Assembly: GCA_964422865.1 (NCBI GenBank)
Contig: CAYRCU010000001.1
Coordinates: forward strand, 5,159 to 69,158
DNA from: an uncultured Gammaproteobacteria bacterium
GTDB taxonomy: Bacteria > Patescibacteriota > Microgenomatia > UBA8517
Length of the DNA: 64,000 nt
Reading direction: 5' to 3'
Each line of letters starts with the position of its first letter. Within the stretch, counting starts at the first letter, position 1. The notes below the pieces were generated by a model that saw only the letters and a list, made by a program, of their open reading frames with translations, was not told the DNA's origin and made no database searches. This document shows, piece after piece, positions 46,470-55,853 of the stretch. The translations under genes were made by a program, and so were the position numbers.

Positions 46470-47111
46470 TTAGTGGGCTAATTTTTCCGGTGATTGATTT
46501 ATATAAGTGTCTATGTATTTTTGAATTAGGGCTTTGTCAACTTCGACAAGCTTCATCATTCTCCCCCAAGAAGCAACTACAACCGAATCCTCGTTTTCGT
46601 CTCGTTTGGTTATAACAACGCTGTTGTTGTTATTTTTAGCTATACTTTTAAGCTTGTTGATACTTCCTTTGTCTAAATCTTTGTATGTGATCCAGATTCC
46701 GCCGTGTTCTAAATTGTGCACTAATTGCTCATCGGGAAGCTCTTTGTCATAAAACCTCCAATCGGCAGGTGTGGACCAGTGCGGTCCTGATGTAGGAGGG
46801 TTTGTTTTATATAAAACTGTTTCTTTTGAGCTTATGTGGTTGACTCCCTCAATTTTAAATTCTTCAACTTTACCCTCTAAGGACACCTCATCTACTTTTT
46901 GCTCAAACGCAATTTCCTCCGGGGATTTTTTGCTAACCAGATAATAGCCTGCGACTACAATGACCAAGACAGCAATCAAAACCGCAATATTTCGCAACTT
47001 TTTAATAGTTGCTTGTTGTTTGGTTTTTTTTCTTTTGAGTTCTTTAATCTTTTTCTTGCGATCTCTTTTGGTCAGATCATCCCATTCTTTAGGATAGTCC
47101 ATAAATTTCAC
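46470..47111 (-). CDS. DUF3105 domain membrane-anchored protein
   Basis: YKTNPPTSGPHW, VHNLEHGGIWITY, ASWG. Confidence 0.88.
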   Translation of the reverse strand: MKFMDYPKEWDDLTKRDRKKKIKELKRKKTKQQATIKKLRNIAVLIAVLVIVVAGYYLVSKKSPEEIAFEQKVDEVSLEGKVEEFKIEGVNHISSKETVLYKTNPPTSGPHWSTPADWRFYDKELPDEQLVHNLEHGGIWITYKDLDKGSINKLKSIAKNNNNSVVITKRDENEDSVVVASWGRMMKLVEVDKALIQKYIDTYINQSPEKLAH

Positions 47112-47116
47112 CTCCT

Positions 47117-47857
47117 TTACTGCTTAAGCTCCAGCATAAACGCCGATGTTCCTAACTTCTGTAAAAAATAAGAGGAAACCAGTGAAAACTTTCCGGTAAA
47201 AATTAGTATCCCAAAAATTACCAACAATATTCCTGAGATTTTGTTTATCACCGGAGCATAGGTGTTAAATTTCTTGATTGAAGGAAACACTTTATCAAAA
47301 AAAAGTCCCAGTAATACGAATGGTGTTCCAAGACCAAGAGAAAAAAACAGCAAGAGAGGAAGAGCCTCGATGAATGTGGATTGAGATCCTGCCCAGAAAA
47401 GAATGGCTGCAAGTACCGGCCCGACACACGGTGTCCAGGCAAATCCAAAAGTTGTTCCCAATAAGAAGGCACCAGATGCGGCGCCGCGGTTTCCTTTAAA
47501 TTTTGTTTGATAAGTTTTGTTTAGAAATGGGATGGATACCAGTTTGGCAAACTGCAGACCAATAACTATTAATAGTAATCCTCCAACTTTATTAATAAGC
47601 GGCCGATAGAGCGTTAAACTTCTGGCAAAAGTATTAACTGTTAGACCAAGTAGAAGAAAAATGAATAAAAAACCTGAAGTAAACACCAGCGCATTTTTCG
47701 TAAATACGGCTTTGTGTTTGGCACTCAATCCTTCCGGAGCACTGCCCGCAAGATATCCCACATACGCGGGAGCAATTGGAGCTAAGCATCCTGCAAAAAA
47801 GGTTAAAATGCCTGCCGTGTAGGCAATGGCAAAATTAAATATTGACAGAGGAACCAT
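47117..47857 (-). CDS. ccdA: CcdA/DsbD-type transmembrane disulfide reductase
   Basis: AGILTFFAGCLAP, FAWTPCVGPVL, LGLGTPF. Confidence 0.9.
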   Translation of the reverse strand: MVPLSIFNFAIAYTAGILTFFAGCLAPIAPAYVGYLAGSAPEGLSAKHKAVFTKNALVFTSGFLFIFLLLGLTVNTFARSLTLYRPLINKVGGLLLIVIGLQFAKLVSIPFLNKTYQTKFKGNRGAASGAFLLGTTFGFAWTPCVGPVLAAILFWAGSQSTFIEALPLLLFFSLGLGTPFVLLGLFFDKVFPSIKKFNTYAPVINKISGILLVIFGILIFTGKFSLVSSYFLQKLGTSAFMLELKQ

Positions 47858-47872
47858 TATTAAAAGTGTTTG

Positions 47873-48637
47873 TCATGACTTAGACAACATATCATCAATT
47901 GCTTGTTTTAATTGCGGATAAGGAACTGCCCCAGGAATCAACCTGGTGTTACCTGTTTTTGTATCAAGCAGGATGTTGCCCGGTGTTCCCGTTACACCTG
48001 CTTTTATCCCACTTTGATAGTCATCTTCTACATGTTGAGTGTATTTTCCACTATCAAGGCATGACTTGAAGGCTGATTCATCTATTCCTATCTCGGAAGC
48101 CAGTTTTGGTAAATCACTTATGTTAAGACCGTTATTGCTTGGAGTTGTTTCAAAGATTTTATCTATTAGTGCCCAGAAGCCTTTTTCACCTGCCAGCTCG
48201 TTTGCGCACTCTGCTGCCTCGGCTTCTTTGTCTGCTTTTGAGTGAATTTGGTCAAGGGGGAAATGTCTATAAATCCACATTACTTGTCCATCATATTCCT
48301 CGATCGCCCGTTGTGCTGTTGAATGAAAACTTTTACAGAAAGGACATTCCAAATCTGAATATTCTATTAAGGCGATTCTTGCGTTTTTGTTGCCTCTAAT
48401 GTGATCGTTTTTTCTTACAGGTTCGACATCGCCCGCTGTGGGCTGGGTGGGTTGCTTTGCTCCAGAGCCTGTTCCGGCCGAGCCGTTAATTTCTGCCAGA
48501 CCAGCAGAGGACGTCTTGTTTTCAAGATTCTGCACTTTTTGCCAGAGTATGCCTACGGCGAAAGCGAAGCCCACTAAAATAATAACTAAAATCGGCGCCG
48601 ACTTTTCAAGAAGATTTTCTTTTACCTTAGAAGACAT
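47873..48637 (-). CDS. DsbA/BdbD family thiol-disulfide oxidoreductase
   Basis: DHIRGN, EYSDLECPFCK, YRHFPL, GVTGTP. Confidence 0.92.
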   Translation of the reverse strand: MSSKVKENLLEKSAPILVIILVGFAFAVGILWQKVQNLENKTSSAGLAEINGSAGTGSGAKQPTQPTAGDVEPVRKNDHIRGNKNARIALIEYSDLECPFCKSFHSTAQRAIEEYDGQVMWIYRHFPLDQIHSKADKEAEAAECANELAGEKGFWALIDKIFETTPSNNGLNISDLPKLASEIGIDESAFKSCLDSGKYTQHVEDDYQSGIKAGVTGTPGNILLDTKTGNTRLIPGAVPYPQLKQAIDDMLSKS

Positions 48638-48674
48638 ACTACAGAGTGTAGTAGGAGTTTTGATCCTTTGTCAA
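48637..48674 (-). promoter_or_regulatory. BlaI-type operator over a leaderless dsbA promoter
   Basis: TACTAC-N5-GTAGTA perfect inverted repeat at 48637-48653; TTGACA-N18-TACACT-7nt-ATG. Confidence 0.75.
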
Positions 48675-49546
48675 CAGTTAAAATGTGTGGAACATTGATA
48701 TTTACTGCAGTTTGTTTGGTTTGAGTTATCTGTAATTTGAACCGTGTGGCTCTGTGCGGGAAAGAGAAAGAGCAAAGCGCCAATTATCAGTGTCACCCCT
48801 GAAATAGCAAAATTCATTTTTAGAGGCTTGTAGTCGGATCTTTCAGAAAAATTAGGGAACAGATCGAATTTTTGCTGTGCTTTTATCTTTACAAGGGCTA
48901 GTTTGAGATGTTTTGCACTTTGCTGCTTGCCCGTGGCAAAATTATCCGCTTCTTTTTCCAGTGTAATTCTCATCTTGCGTGTGTAGTCTTTAAAGATCGG
49001 GATAAAAAATAAGGATGAAGATAAAATTTCACTTATAACAACTATTAATGGATGCCTTCCTTGCAAGTGATAATACTCATGAAGAATAACTGATTCTAAT
49101 TCTTTTTTGTTTAGCTTGCCCATGAGTCCTGTTGAAATTATTATTTTTGGCTTTAGCCAGTCAGCGGTCAGGGCAATGTCGCTTTTTGAATTAATAAGTA
49201 TTACTTTGTCATTTTTAATTTTATTTTTTTTAAGAATTTTTAGGAGTTTTAAGTTGTTCTTTGGAGCTTTTTTTTGCAACAAATCTGACAATTTTCTTTT
49301 TGTTTTTATGTAGGAAAATATTACTTTTACAAAAAAAACAATTGCTATAAAAATTGTTAATATAATCAACAAGAACCCGATGTGATGCACTATGGAAAAA
49401 AGCAAGTTTGAAGAGACTTGTCTGCATGCTTTAGCGAAGTGAATAAAAGTCAACAAGGCATACTTATTTAAAAGCAAGATTAAAAGGTAGATGGAAATTG
49501 TAAAAATTGACAAGGTGCCAAGAAAAAATTGCGTTTCCTTTCTCAT
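48671..49546 (-). CDS. BlaR1-like M56 metallopeptidase without beta-lactam sensor domain
   Basis: TM helices, KPKIIISTGL, ILHEYYH, EKEAD; Cys-rich C-terminus. Confidence 0.85.
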   Translation of the reverse strand: MRKETQFFLGTLSIFTISIYLLILLLNKYALLTFIHFAKACRQVSSNLLFSIVHHIGFLLIILTIFIAIVFFVKVIFSYIKTKRKLSDLLQKKAPKNNLKLLKILKKNKIKNDKVILINSKSDIALTADWLKPKIIISTGLMGKLNKKELESVILHEYYHLQGRHPLIVVISEILSSSLFFIPIFKDYTRKMRITLEKEADNFATGKQQSAKHLKLALVKIKAQQKFDLFPNFSERSDYKPLKMNFAISGVTLIIGALLFLFPAQSHTVQITDNSNQTNCSKYQCSTHFNC

Positions 49547-49893
49547 GTTTTTTGTTCGTGTTCTTTTAGTTCGTCGGTAAAAGCAGCTACCGCTTCTTCC
49601 CCATATTGGTCAATTAATGAGTTTACAATTTTATTGATTACAGTTTTGACGGTTTTTTTTCTTGTTTTTTTGGGAGAGTATAAATATGCCTTCCCGATTT
49701 TTCTTCTGGTCAGCAGTCCTTTTTGGGTGAGCCTTGTCATAATGGTCATAACAGTTGTATAGGCAATTTTTCTTTTTTTCAGTAAGCACTTGTGAACATC
49801 ATGGACTTTGCAATCAGTAGTTTCCCAAAGACAATTCATAATTTCTTGCTCAAGCGGACCCAAACTGTACTTAGTCATTTGTCTTAATAGCAT
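49543..49893 (-). CDS. BlaI/MecI/CopY family repressor
   Basis: LGPLEQEIMNCLW, AYTTVMTIMTRL..KG, AYLYSP. Confidence 0.92.
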   Translation of the reverse strand: MLLRQMTKYSLGPLEQEIMNCLWETTDCKVHDVHKCLLKKRKIAYTTVMTIMTRLTQKGLLTRRKIGKAYLYSPKKTRKKTVKTVINKIVNSLIDQYGEEAVAAFTDELKEHEQKT

Positions 49894-49940
49894 TTTATCA
49901 CTCTTGACATATAAGTGCCAGGGATGGAAAATACTGTCAT

Positions 49941-52103
49941 ATGGACGATCAAAATCAGCCGAGGATTATACTGGAAACCCCCAAAGAGGAGGGGCCTTTT
50001 TTGCCGAAATATACGATAAATTTAACAAAGCAGGCAAAAGAGGGAAATCTTGACCCGGTTATTGGAAGAAATACGGAAATCAGACGCATAATGCAAATTC
50101 TTTCAAGGCGGACAAAGAATAATCCCGTGCTTATCGGAGACCCCGGTGTCGGGAAAACCGCTCTTGCCGAAGGGCTTGCTCAAAGAATTGCTGACGGAGA
50201 TGTCCCTGTTTCTTTGAAAGACAAAGATCTTTTGATTCTTGATATGTCCTTGCTTTTGGCGGGCTCTAAGTTCAGGGGAGAATTTGAAGAAAGATTGAAG
50301 GGTGTTATTAAAGAAATAGAACAGGGTGAGGGGAAATATATTATGTTTATTGATGAGTTACACACGATTGTGGGTGCAGGATCCAGCGAGGGAGCTGTTG
50401 ATGCCTCCAACATGCTTAAGCCTGCCCTCGCCAAAGGAACCTTAAGAGTCATTGGAGCTACAACGATAGATGAATACAGAAAATATATTGAAAAAGATGC
50501 TGCTTTAGAGAGAAGATTCCAGCCTGTTTTTATATATGAGCCTTCGATGGAAGACGCTATAGCGATTCTTCGAGGGATTCGAGAGAAATATGAGCTACAT
50601 CACGGTGTCAAAATAACCGATGATGCTTTAATTACTGCGGTAAAGCTTTCAGACAGATATATTACAGACAGATTCCTGCCGGACAAGGCAATTGACCTTA
50701 TAGATGAGGCCATGTCATCACTGAGGATTGAAACCGAATCTTCACCTGCGAAGCTTGATCTTAAAAAAAGAAAGGTAACCCAGCTTGAAATCGAGCTTGC
50801 GGGATTAAAAAGAGAAAAAGGGAAAGTCGTGGAGGAGAGAAAAAATGAGATTAAAACAAAAATTGATAATCTTAAAAAGGAAGTGGCCGGTCTTGAAAAG
50901 GAATGGGGAAAACAAAAAGAAATTCTTAAAAAACTTAATGAAAACAGAAAAAAAATAGATGAAGCAAAAATTGAACTGGAAAAGGCTGAACGTGATTTTG
51001 ATCTTGAAAAGGCAGCTGAAATAAAATACGGTAAACTTCCCGAGCTTAATAAAAAAATTGATAAATTAAAAAAGGAATGGAGCAAGATCCCGGATGAGAA
51101 ACGGCTTTTGAGGGACGGCGTGACTGATGAAGATGTTGCGGAAGTCGTATCAAAGTGGACAAATATTCCTGTAAGTAAAATTCTTTCTTCAGAAAAAGAA
51201 AAGCTAATCAACCTTGAAAAGGAACTTGAAAAAAGAATTGTTGGCCAGGACAGGGCTCTCAGGGAAATATCTAAAGCTATAAGAAGAAACAGGACCGGTC
51301 TTTCTGAAGGCAGAGGTCCTATTGGAACGTTTCTTTTTTTGGGCCCAACGGGTGTTGGAAAGACCGAAACCGCAAAGGCTTTAGCGGCAACTCTTATGGG
51401 CAAGGAAGATGCAATTATTAGACTTGATATGAGTGAATATCAGGAGGAACATGCTGTGGCAAGATTGATTGGTGCTCCGCCGGGATACGTGGGTTATGAG
51501 GAGGGTGGATATCTTACGGAAGCTGTTAGGAGAGGATCATACAGCGTGGTTTTACTGGATGAAATTGAAAAAGCGCATCCCAATATCTTTAACGTACTTT
51601 TGCAGGTGTTTGATGACGGGAGATTGACGGACGGAAAAGGAAGGATTGTTAACTTTAAAAATACAATAATTATTATGACTTCTAACCTGGGTAGCGAGAT
51701 TATCCGCAGGAAGGCCGGGGTGATAGATGAAGAGCTTGATCAAAACATCGAAAGACTTCTTCACCAGACATTTAAGCCGGAGTTTTTAAACAGGATTGAT
51801 GCCACAGTTGTCTACAAACCCTTAACACCAAGTGTTTTAAAGAAAATTGTAGATATCCAAATTGAAGAATTGAGAAAAAGACTTTCAGAACAAGAGATTG
51901 CCATATCTTTTGATGAAAAAGCAAAAGAGTATCTTGTAAAAAACGGGTATGATCCTGTTTTTGGTGCAAGGCCTTTAAAAAGACTGATTAACGATCAAAT
52001 ATTAGATGAAATCTCTCTCCGGATCCTTGAAGAGAAAATCGAAAAGGGTGACAGTATACTTGTGAAAGTGGACGAAAAAGGAAAACTTTCTATAAGAACG
52101 TAA
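49941..52103 (+). CDS. clpB: ClpB-like disaggregase lacking the Clp N-terminal domain
   Basis: [15 protein letters not shown], coiled-coil M domain (KAAEIKYG), [23 protein letters not shown]. Confidence 0.9.
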   Translation: MDDQNQPRIILETPKEEGPFLPKYTINLTKQAKEGNLDPVIGRNTEIRRIMQILSRRTKNNPVLIGDPGVGKTALAEGLAQRIADGDVPVSLKDKDLLILDMSLLLAGSKFRGEFEERLKGVIKEIEQGEGKYIMFIDELHTIVGAGSSEGAVDASNMLKPALAKGTLRVIGATTIDEYRKYIEKDAALERRFQPVFIYEPSMEDAIAILRGIREKYELHHGVKITDDALITAVKLSDRYITDRFLPDKAIDLIDEAMSSLRIETESSPAKLDLKKRKVTQLEIELAGLKREKGKVVEERKNEIKTKIDNLKKEVAGLEKEWGKQKEILKKLNENRKKIDEAKIELEKAERDFDLEKAAEIKYGKLPELNKKIDKLKKEWSKIPDEKRLLRDGVTDEDVAEVVSKWTNIPVSKILSSEKEKLINLEKELEKRIVGQDRALREISKAIRRNRTGLSEGRGPIGTFLFLGPTGVGKTETAKALAATLMGKEDAIIRLDMSEYQEEHAVARLIGAPPGYVGYEEGGYLTEAVRRGSYSVVLLDEIEKAHPNIFNVLLQVFDDGRLTDGKGRIVNFKNTIIIMTSNLGSEIIRRKAGVIDEELDQNIERLLHQTFKPEFLNRIDATVVYKPLTPSVLKKIVDIQIEELRKRLSEQEIAISFDEKAKEYLVKNGYDPVFGARPLKRLINDQILDEISLRILEEKIEKGDSILVKVDEKGKLSIRT

Positions 52104-52122
52104 TTTGTGCTTAATTAATAAT

Positions 52123-52446
52123 ATGCAAAACAGTATTTTTGTTCTTCTGCTGGCAGGTGCTGCGGGTGGATTGGTTAGGGGTGTTGTGGGCTTTTTAAAG
52201 CACCAGTTTGCTTACAAAAATGTGGGGTTTAAGTTTTGGTACATTACGACTATTATGGTGCTTTCCGCTTTGGTTGGACTTACTGTTACTTGGGCTGTTG
52301 TTTCTTCTGGTCTTGAAATTGTTGCCCTCACGCAAATCAATCCGGCGATTGCATTTATTGTGGGATATGCCGGAGGAGATTTAATTGAAAATATTTATAA
52401 AATTCTTGTCGGCAAAACCACTCTTTACTCTCTCCCCAAGAAGTAG
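52123..52446 (+). CDS. Small 3-TM membrane protein
   Basis: AGAAGGLVRG...GYAGGDLIE. Confidence 0.7.
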   Translation: MQNSIFVLLLAGAAGGLVRGVVGFLKHQFAYKNVGFKFWYITTIMVLSALVGLTVTWAVVSSGLEIVALTQINPAIAFIVGYAGGDLIENIYKILVGKTTLYSLPKK

Positions 52447-52462
52447 ATGATTTGCGTGCGCT

Positions 52463-53404
52463 TTATTTAGAAAGGTCTTGAATAACTTTTTTAGCTACAT
52501 CCCATTGGTTGGGAAAATTGAAGTGATCTTTTAGCTTCCCTTGCTTTACCCATTTAACCTTTCTGATTTCCTTGGTATCTGGTTTTAAATCATTCCTTTC
52601 ACCCGTAAATTTAACTAAGAAAAAGCTTTCCCGTTGTCCTTTGTATGTTTTATTATTGTCTTTTAGCCTTTTTGCGACAACAAAATCCGGCCAATTATAT
52701 TTCGAAGTGTATTTGCTTCTTTTGACTATTTTAAATTTTCTTGTACCCAGTTCTTCGCTCAACTCTCTTAATAGAGCATTCTCTGCGGTTTCATTCTTCT
52801 CAATACCTCCGCCCGGAAAATTCCAATCGTTTTCACCATAACTTTCGAGCTGAACTATCAAAAAATTGCTATTCTTATCCGTAATAATTCCTGTAGATTT
52901 TCGCCTATATCCAAGACTGCCATTTTTTATTAAATAGTTAGTATAAGCATTTTGAACTGCCTGGGTAAAAGGTGTTTCTCTTGAAATCAAATTCTCATCA
53001 ATCTTGTGTTTTTTGGCATAAAGACGAATTGCGTCCCCAAACCAGCTGCCATTTTTTATTTCATCTGAAACACTTTTAGGAAGATGGATTTCAATTCCCT
53101 TTCCCATGTACTCGTTATCACTTCGATCAACTAAACAGGCAAAAGCAATAAGATGATATCCTTTCCCGTAATCATGAAGCCCACCTTCCAATCCAAACCA
53201 GAAATCGGCATTAGACTCTACTTTTTTGGCATTTTTTGCACGATTCTTGGCACCTTTTAAAATAATATTTTTATTTAAGGGTTGAGTTGTAATTTCTGAA
53301 TCAACCTTTACACCAGTTACTTCTGGCTCTAAATGTAATTCCTTTAGAGCATTTTTGAGAATACTAATCTTGTCAGTACTTCTAGAACCAAGTACGACTT
53401 TCAT
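52463..53404 (-). CDS. YjjX-like ITP/XTP phosphatase fused to an RppH-like Nudix hydrolase
   Basis: VVLGSRSTDK, QP, GAKNRA, GLEGG; then WNFPGGGIEKNETAENALLRELSEELG, KGQR. Confidence 0.85.
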   Translation of the reverse strand: MKVVLGSRSTDKISILKNALKELHLEPEVTGVKVDSEITTQPLNKNIILKGAKNRAKNAKKVESNADFWFGLEGGLHDYGKGYHLIAFACLVDRSDNEYMGKGIEIHLPKSVSDEIKNGSWFGDAIRLYAKKHKIDENLISRETPFTQAVQNAYTNYLIKNGSLGYRRKSTGIITDKNSNFLIVQLESYGENDWNFPGGGIEKNETAENALLRELSEELGTRKFKIVKRSKYTSKYNWPDFVVAKRLKDNNKTYKGQRESFFLVKFTGERNDLKPDTKEIRKVKWVKQGKLKDHFNFPNQWDVAKKVIQDLSK

Positions 53405-53440
53405 AAGCACATGTTAACACGAAATTAGTGGCAAATATGG

Positions 53441-53577
53441 TATAATTTAGCCATGAAGAAATCGAGATTGGGTACAAGCTATTGCTACAACAAACCTCTC
53501 AGGGAGGCTTTGTTGTTGTGAGTTAACGGCCAAGAAGCAATAGCAAACCTCCCATTGGGAGGTTTTTTTGATGGGAG
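53441..53577 (+). promoter_or_regulatory. Leader peptide ORF (53453-53521) and attenuator-like structure
   Basis: TATAAT-6nt-ATG, 22-aa uORF, alternative CCTC(T/C)C/GGGAGG pairings, terminator hairpin with T run. Confidence 0.65.
53545..53569 (+). terminator. Intrinsic terminator directly upstream of the racemase RBS
   Basis: AAACCTCCC-ATT-GGGAGGTTT followed by TTTT. Confidence 0.75.
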
Positions 53578-53583
53578 AAACTT

Positions 53584-54276
53584 ATGAAAAAAGTAGGAAT
53601 AATAGGTGGATTAGGACCGGAAACAACCACCAAATTTTATATGGAGGTAGTGTTTGCGTGCTCAAAAATAGCTGGAAAGCGCCCAAATATCATCATCTCG
53701 AGTGTTGGGCTGCCGCTTGACGTTGAAGAAGAAATCATTGTGAATGCGAAAAATAAAGAAAAACTGCTGCCTTTTCTTGTCGACTCTGCTCAACAACTAG
53801 AGAAGGCAGAAGTTGATTTTATAGTCATTCCCTGCAACACCGTTCATGTTTTTATCGATGAGATAAGAAAGGTAATTAGTATTCCTGTTTTAAGCATTAT
53901 TGAGGAGACTTCTGATTTTTTGAAATCAAAAGATGTAAAAAGAACAGGACTTTTGGGAACTCAGATGACCATTAAAGAGAAGTTGTTTGATAAAAAATTA
54001 AGCGAGAACAAAATTGAAATAGTTACTCCGAGCAAATCTGGCCAGTTAGAAATGGGGCTAATAATAAATCGTCTGGTTAAAACCTCATGCAACAAAATGG
54101 ATAAAAAAGAATTGCTAAAAATAATCAATGGGCTTGTCGCTAAAAACATCGACTGTGTTCTTCTGGCGTGTACCGATCTACAGCTTCTCGTTAGAAATCA
54201 TAACAAAGTAAGGATTTTTGATACACTTGATATTCTCACAAAAGCAACCGTACGAGAAATAATTGATACCGCTTAA
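53584..54276 (+). CDS. Aspartate/glutamate racemase family protein
   Basis: GIIGGLGPETT, IPCNTVH, LACTDL (two catalytic Cys). Confidence 0.93.
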   Translation: MKKVGIIGGLGPETTTKFYMEVVFACSKIAGKRPNIIISSVGLPLDVEEEIIVNAKNKEKLLPFLVDSAQQLEKAEVDFIVIPCNTVHVFIDEIRKVISIPVLSIIEETSDFLKSKDVKRTGLLGTQMTIKEKLFDKKLSENKIEIVTPSKSGQLEMGLIINRLVKTSCNKMDKKELLKIINGLVAKNIDCVLLACTDLQLLVRNHNKVRIFDTLDILTKATVREIIDTA

Positions 54277-54884
54277 GAAACGTCTGTAATTTTCTTAGCT
54301 AAAACTACTTGATGTCTTTCTCCACCACTTATATCAATTTCCTTTTCAAGAATTTTAAATCCGGTGTTTCTGATAATCTCCAGATTTTTATCTGCTCCCC
54401 AATGGCTCCAAAACATTTCGGCTCCGTAAAAATTATCTTCTGTTCCTTCCCATTCTTTTGCTCCCATTGTTGCTAAAATCAAACCACCTTTCGGTAAAAA
54501 TGAATTGAAAGTATTAAATAATTTTCTATGAAGCTTGCGGTTGACGTGAAAGATTGCATAAAAAGACACAATAGCGTCAACTTGATATTCTTCGTCTTTC
54601 AATTCAGACATATTCTTTACTTCAAATTTTTGATTGGGAAAGTTTCTTTTGGCAAGTCTTATTTGTTTTTCTGAAATATCAAGACCAATTATTTTATGTC
54701 CCCTGTTAATAAAATACTCATCTATTGGTTTTCCGGCACCACAACCAATGTCTAGAATCGTGGATTTTTTTTTAAGTAAATCATTCAGTTTACTTAAATA
54801 TTTCTGGTTTTTGAATTGGTCACGACTACTCAAGTAAACATCTGCAATATTGTCATATCCTTTGCGTACTAATTTGTTAGCCAT
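54273..54884 (-). CDS. Class I SAM-dependent methyltransferase
   Basis: ILDIGCGAG, GLDISE, YAIFH, LPKGG. Confidence 0.9.
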   Translation of the reverse strand: MANKLVRKGYDNIADVYLSSRDQFKNQKYLSKLNDLLKKKSTILDIGCGAGKPIDEYFINRGHKIIGLDISEKQIRLAKRNFPNQKFEVKNMSELKDEEYQVDAIVSFYAIFHVNRKLHRKLFNTFNSFLPKGGLILATMGAKEWEGTEDNFYGAEMFWSHWGADKNLEIIRNTGFKILEKEIDISGGERHQVVLAKKITDVS

Positions 54885-54953
54885 TGGGATATTATATCAG
54901 TATAATTTGTAGTGTATTCACAAAAGACGGAGAAGATTTATTGAGAAAAGAAG

Positions 54954-55529
54954 ATGAAACAAATAATTTTCGCTACTGGCAACAAATATAAATTTGAAGT
55001 GGCTCAAAAAGTGTTGGAAAGAACCAATATTGAACTAGTTCAACATAAAATTGAAACTCCTGAGATTCAGAGTGCTGATGTGGAGGAGATATCTTCTTTC
55101 TCAGCCAAATGGGCGGCTGCAGAACTGGGAAAACCAGTTGCTCTAACTGATGCTGGTTATTATATCGATGCCTTAAACGGCTTCCCCGGGCCTTTTATAA
55201 AATATATTAATCAATGGTTATCTTCAGAAGATTTACTTATGCTTATGAAAGGCAAGAAAAACAGAAGGGTGATAGTAAAGGCGTGTCTTGCATACTGCGA
55301 ACCAGAAAAAGAGCCCGTTACATTTCCAAGTGAGGTAGTTGGGACCATTGCTCGAAAGGCGACAAAGACACAAAAGAAAGGCTCGACTTCTATAAACGAA
55401 ATATTTATTCCTCGAGGGTATAGTAAAGTTGAAACCGAAATTCCAAGAGAAGAAATGATCAAGTTTTGGGCAGGTGTTGAAACCTATTGGGAAAAGTTAG
55501 CAGATTACCTTGAAAAAACTGAGGTATAA
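54954..55529 (+). CDS. Ham1/RdgB family non-canonical purine NTP pyrophosphatase
   Basis: FATGNKYK, PEIQ, DAGYYIDALNGFPGPFIK. Confidence 0.88.
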   Translation: MKQIIFATGNKYKFEVAQKVLERTNIELVQHKIETPEIQSADVEEISSFSAKWAAAELGKPVALTDAGYYIDALNGFPGPFIKYINQWLSSEDLLMLMKGKKNRRVIVKACLAYCEPEKEPVTFPSEVVGTIARKATKTQKKGSTSINEIFIPRGYSKVETEIPREEMIKFWAGVETYWEKLADYLEKTEV

Positions 55530-55535
55530 TTACAC

Positions 55536-55748
55536 ATGACATATAAATATCAAATCCGAGTTCGGCTGATAGTCCCCCACAATAATAAACTACTTTTGGA
55601 ACATGTTGTGGATGAAGATTTTTATTTTTATCCAGGCGGGCGGGTGGGAGGGGAAAACCTTTATCCGGTGACACTAACAGAAAAGTTGGCTTCTGACTTT
55701 CATGAAGGATTCCCAAATCAGGGCGAGTATTTGGGAGCAATCAAGTAA
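55536..55748 (+). pseudogene. Nudix hydrolase remnant with internal deletion
   Basis: IRVRLIV..NKLLL...FYPGGRV, then no REUxEE box; jumps to a C-terminal-like segment. Confidence 0.55.
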
Positions 55749-55853
55749 CGGAGTGAGCTAATCCCCAGTGCCCCATAAGCTTTAGTAAATACATCTACTG
55801 ATCCGCGAACATTAAATTTCCATTTAATTGATGTAGTGTACCATAATATGTGT

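Noticed and set aside
36322-49893. Metal cluster as transposon or ICE
   Set aside because: No transposase, integrase or terminal repeats visible; kept as a gene cluster only
50600-51403. 267-aa antisense ORF
   Set aside because: Mirror frame of clpB; the same applies to the other antisense ORFs over secA, lon and lysS
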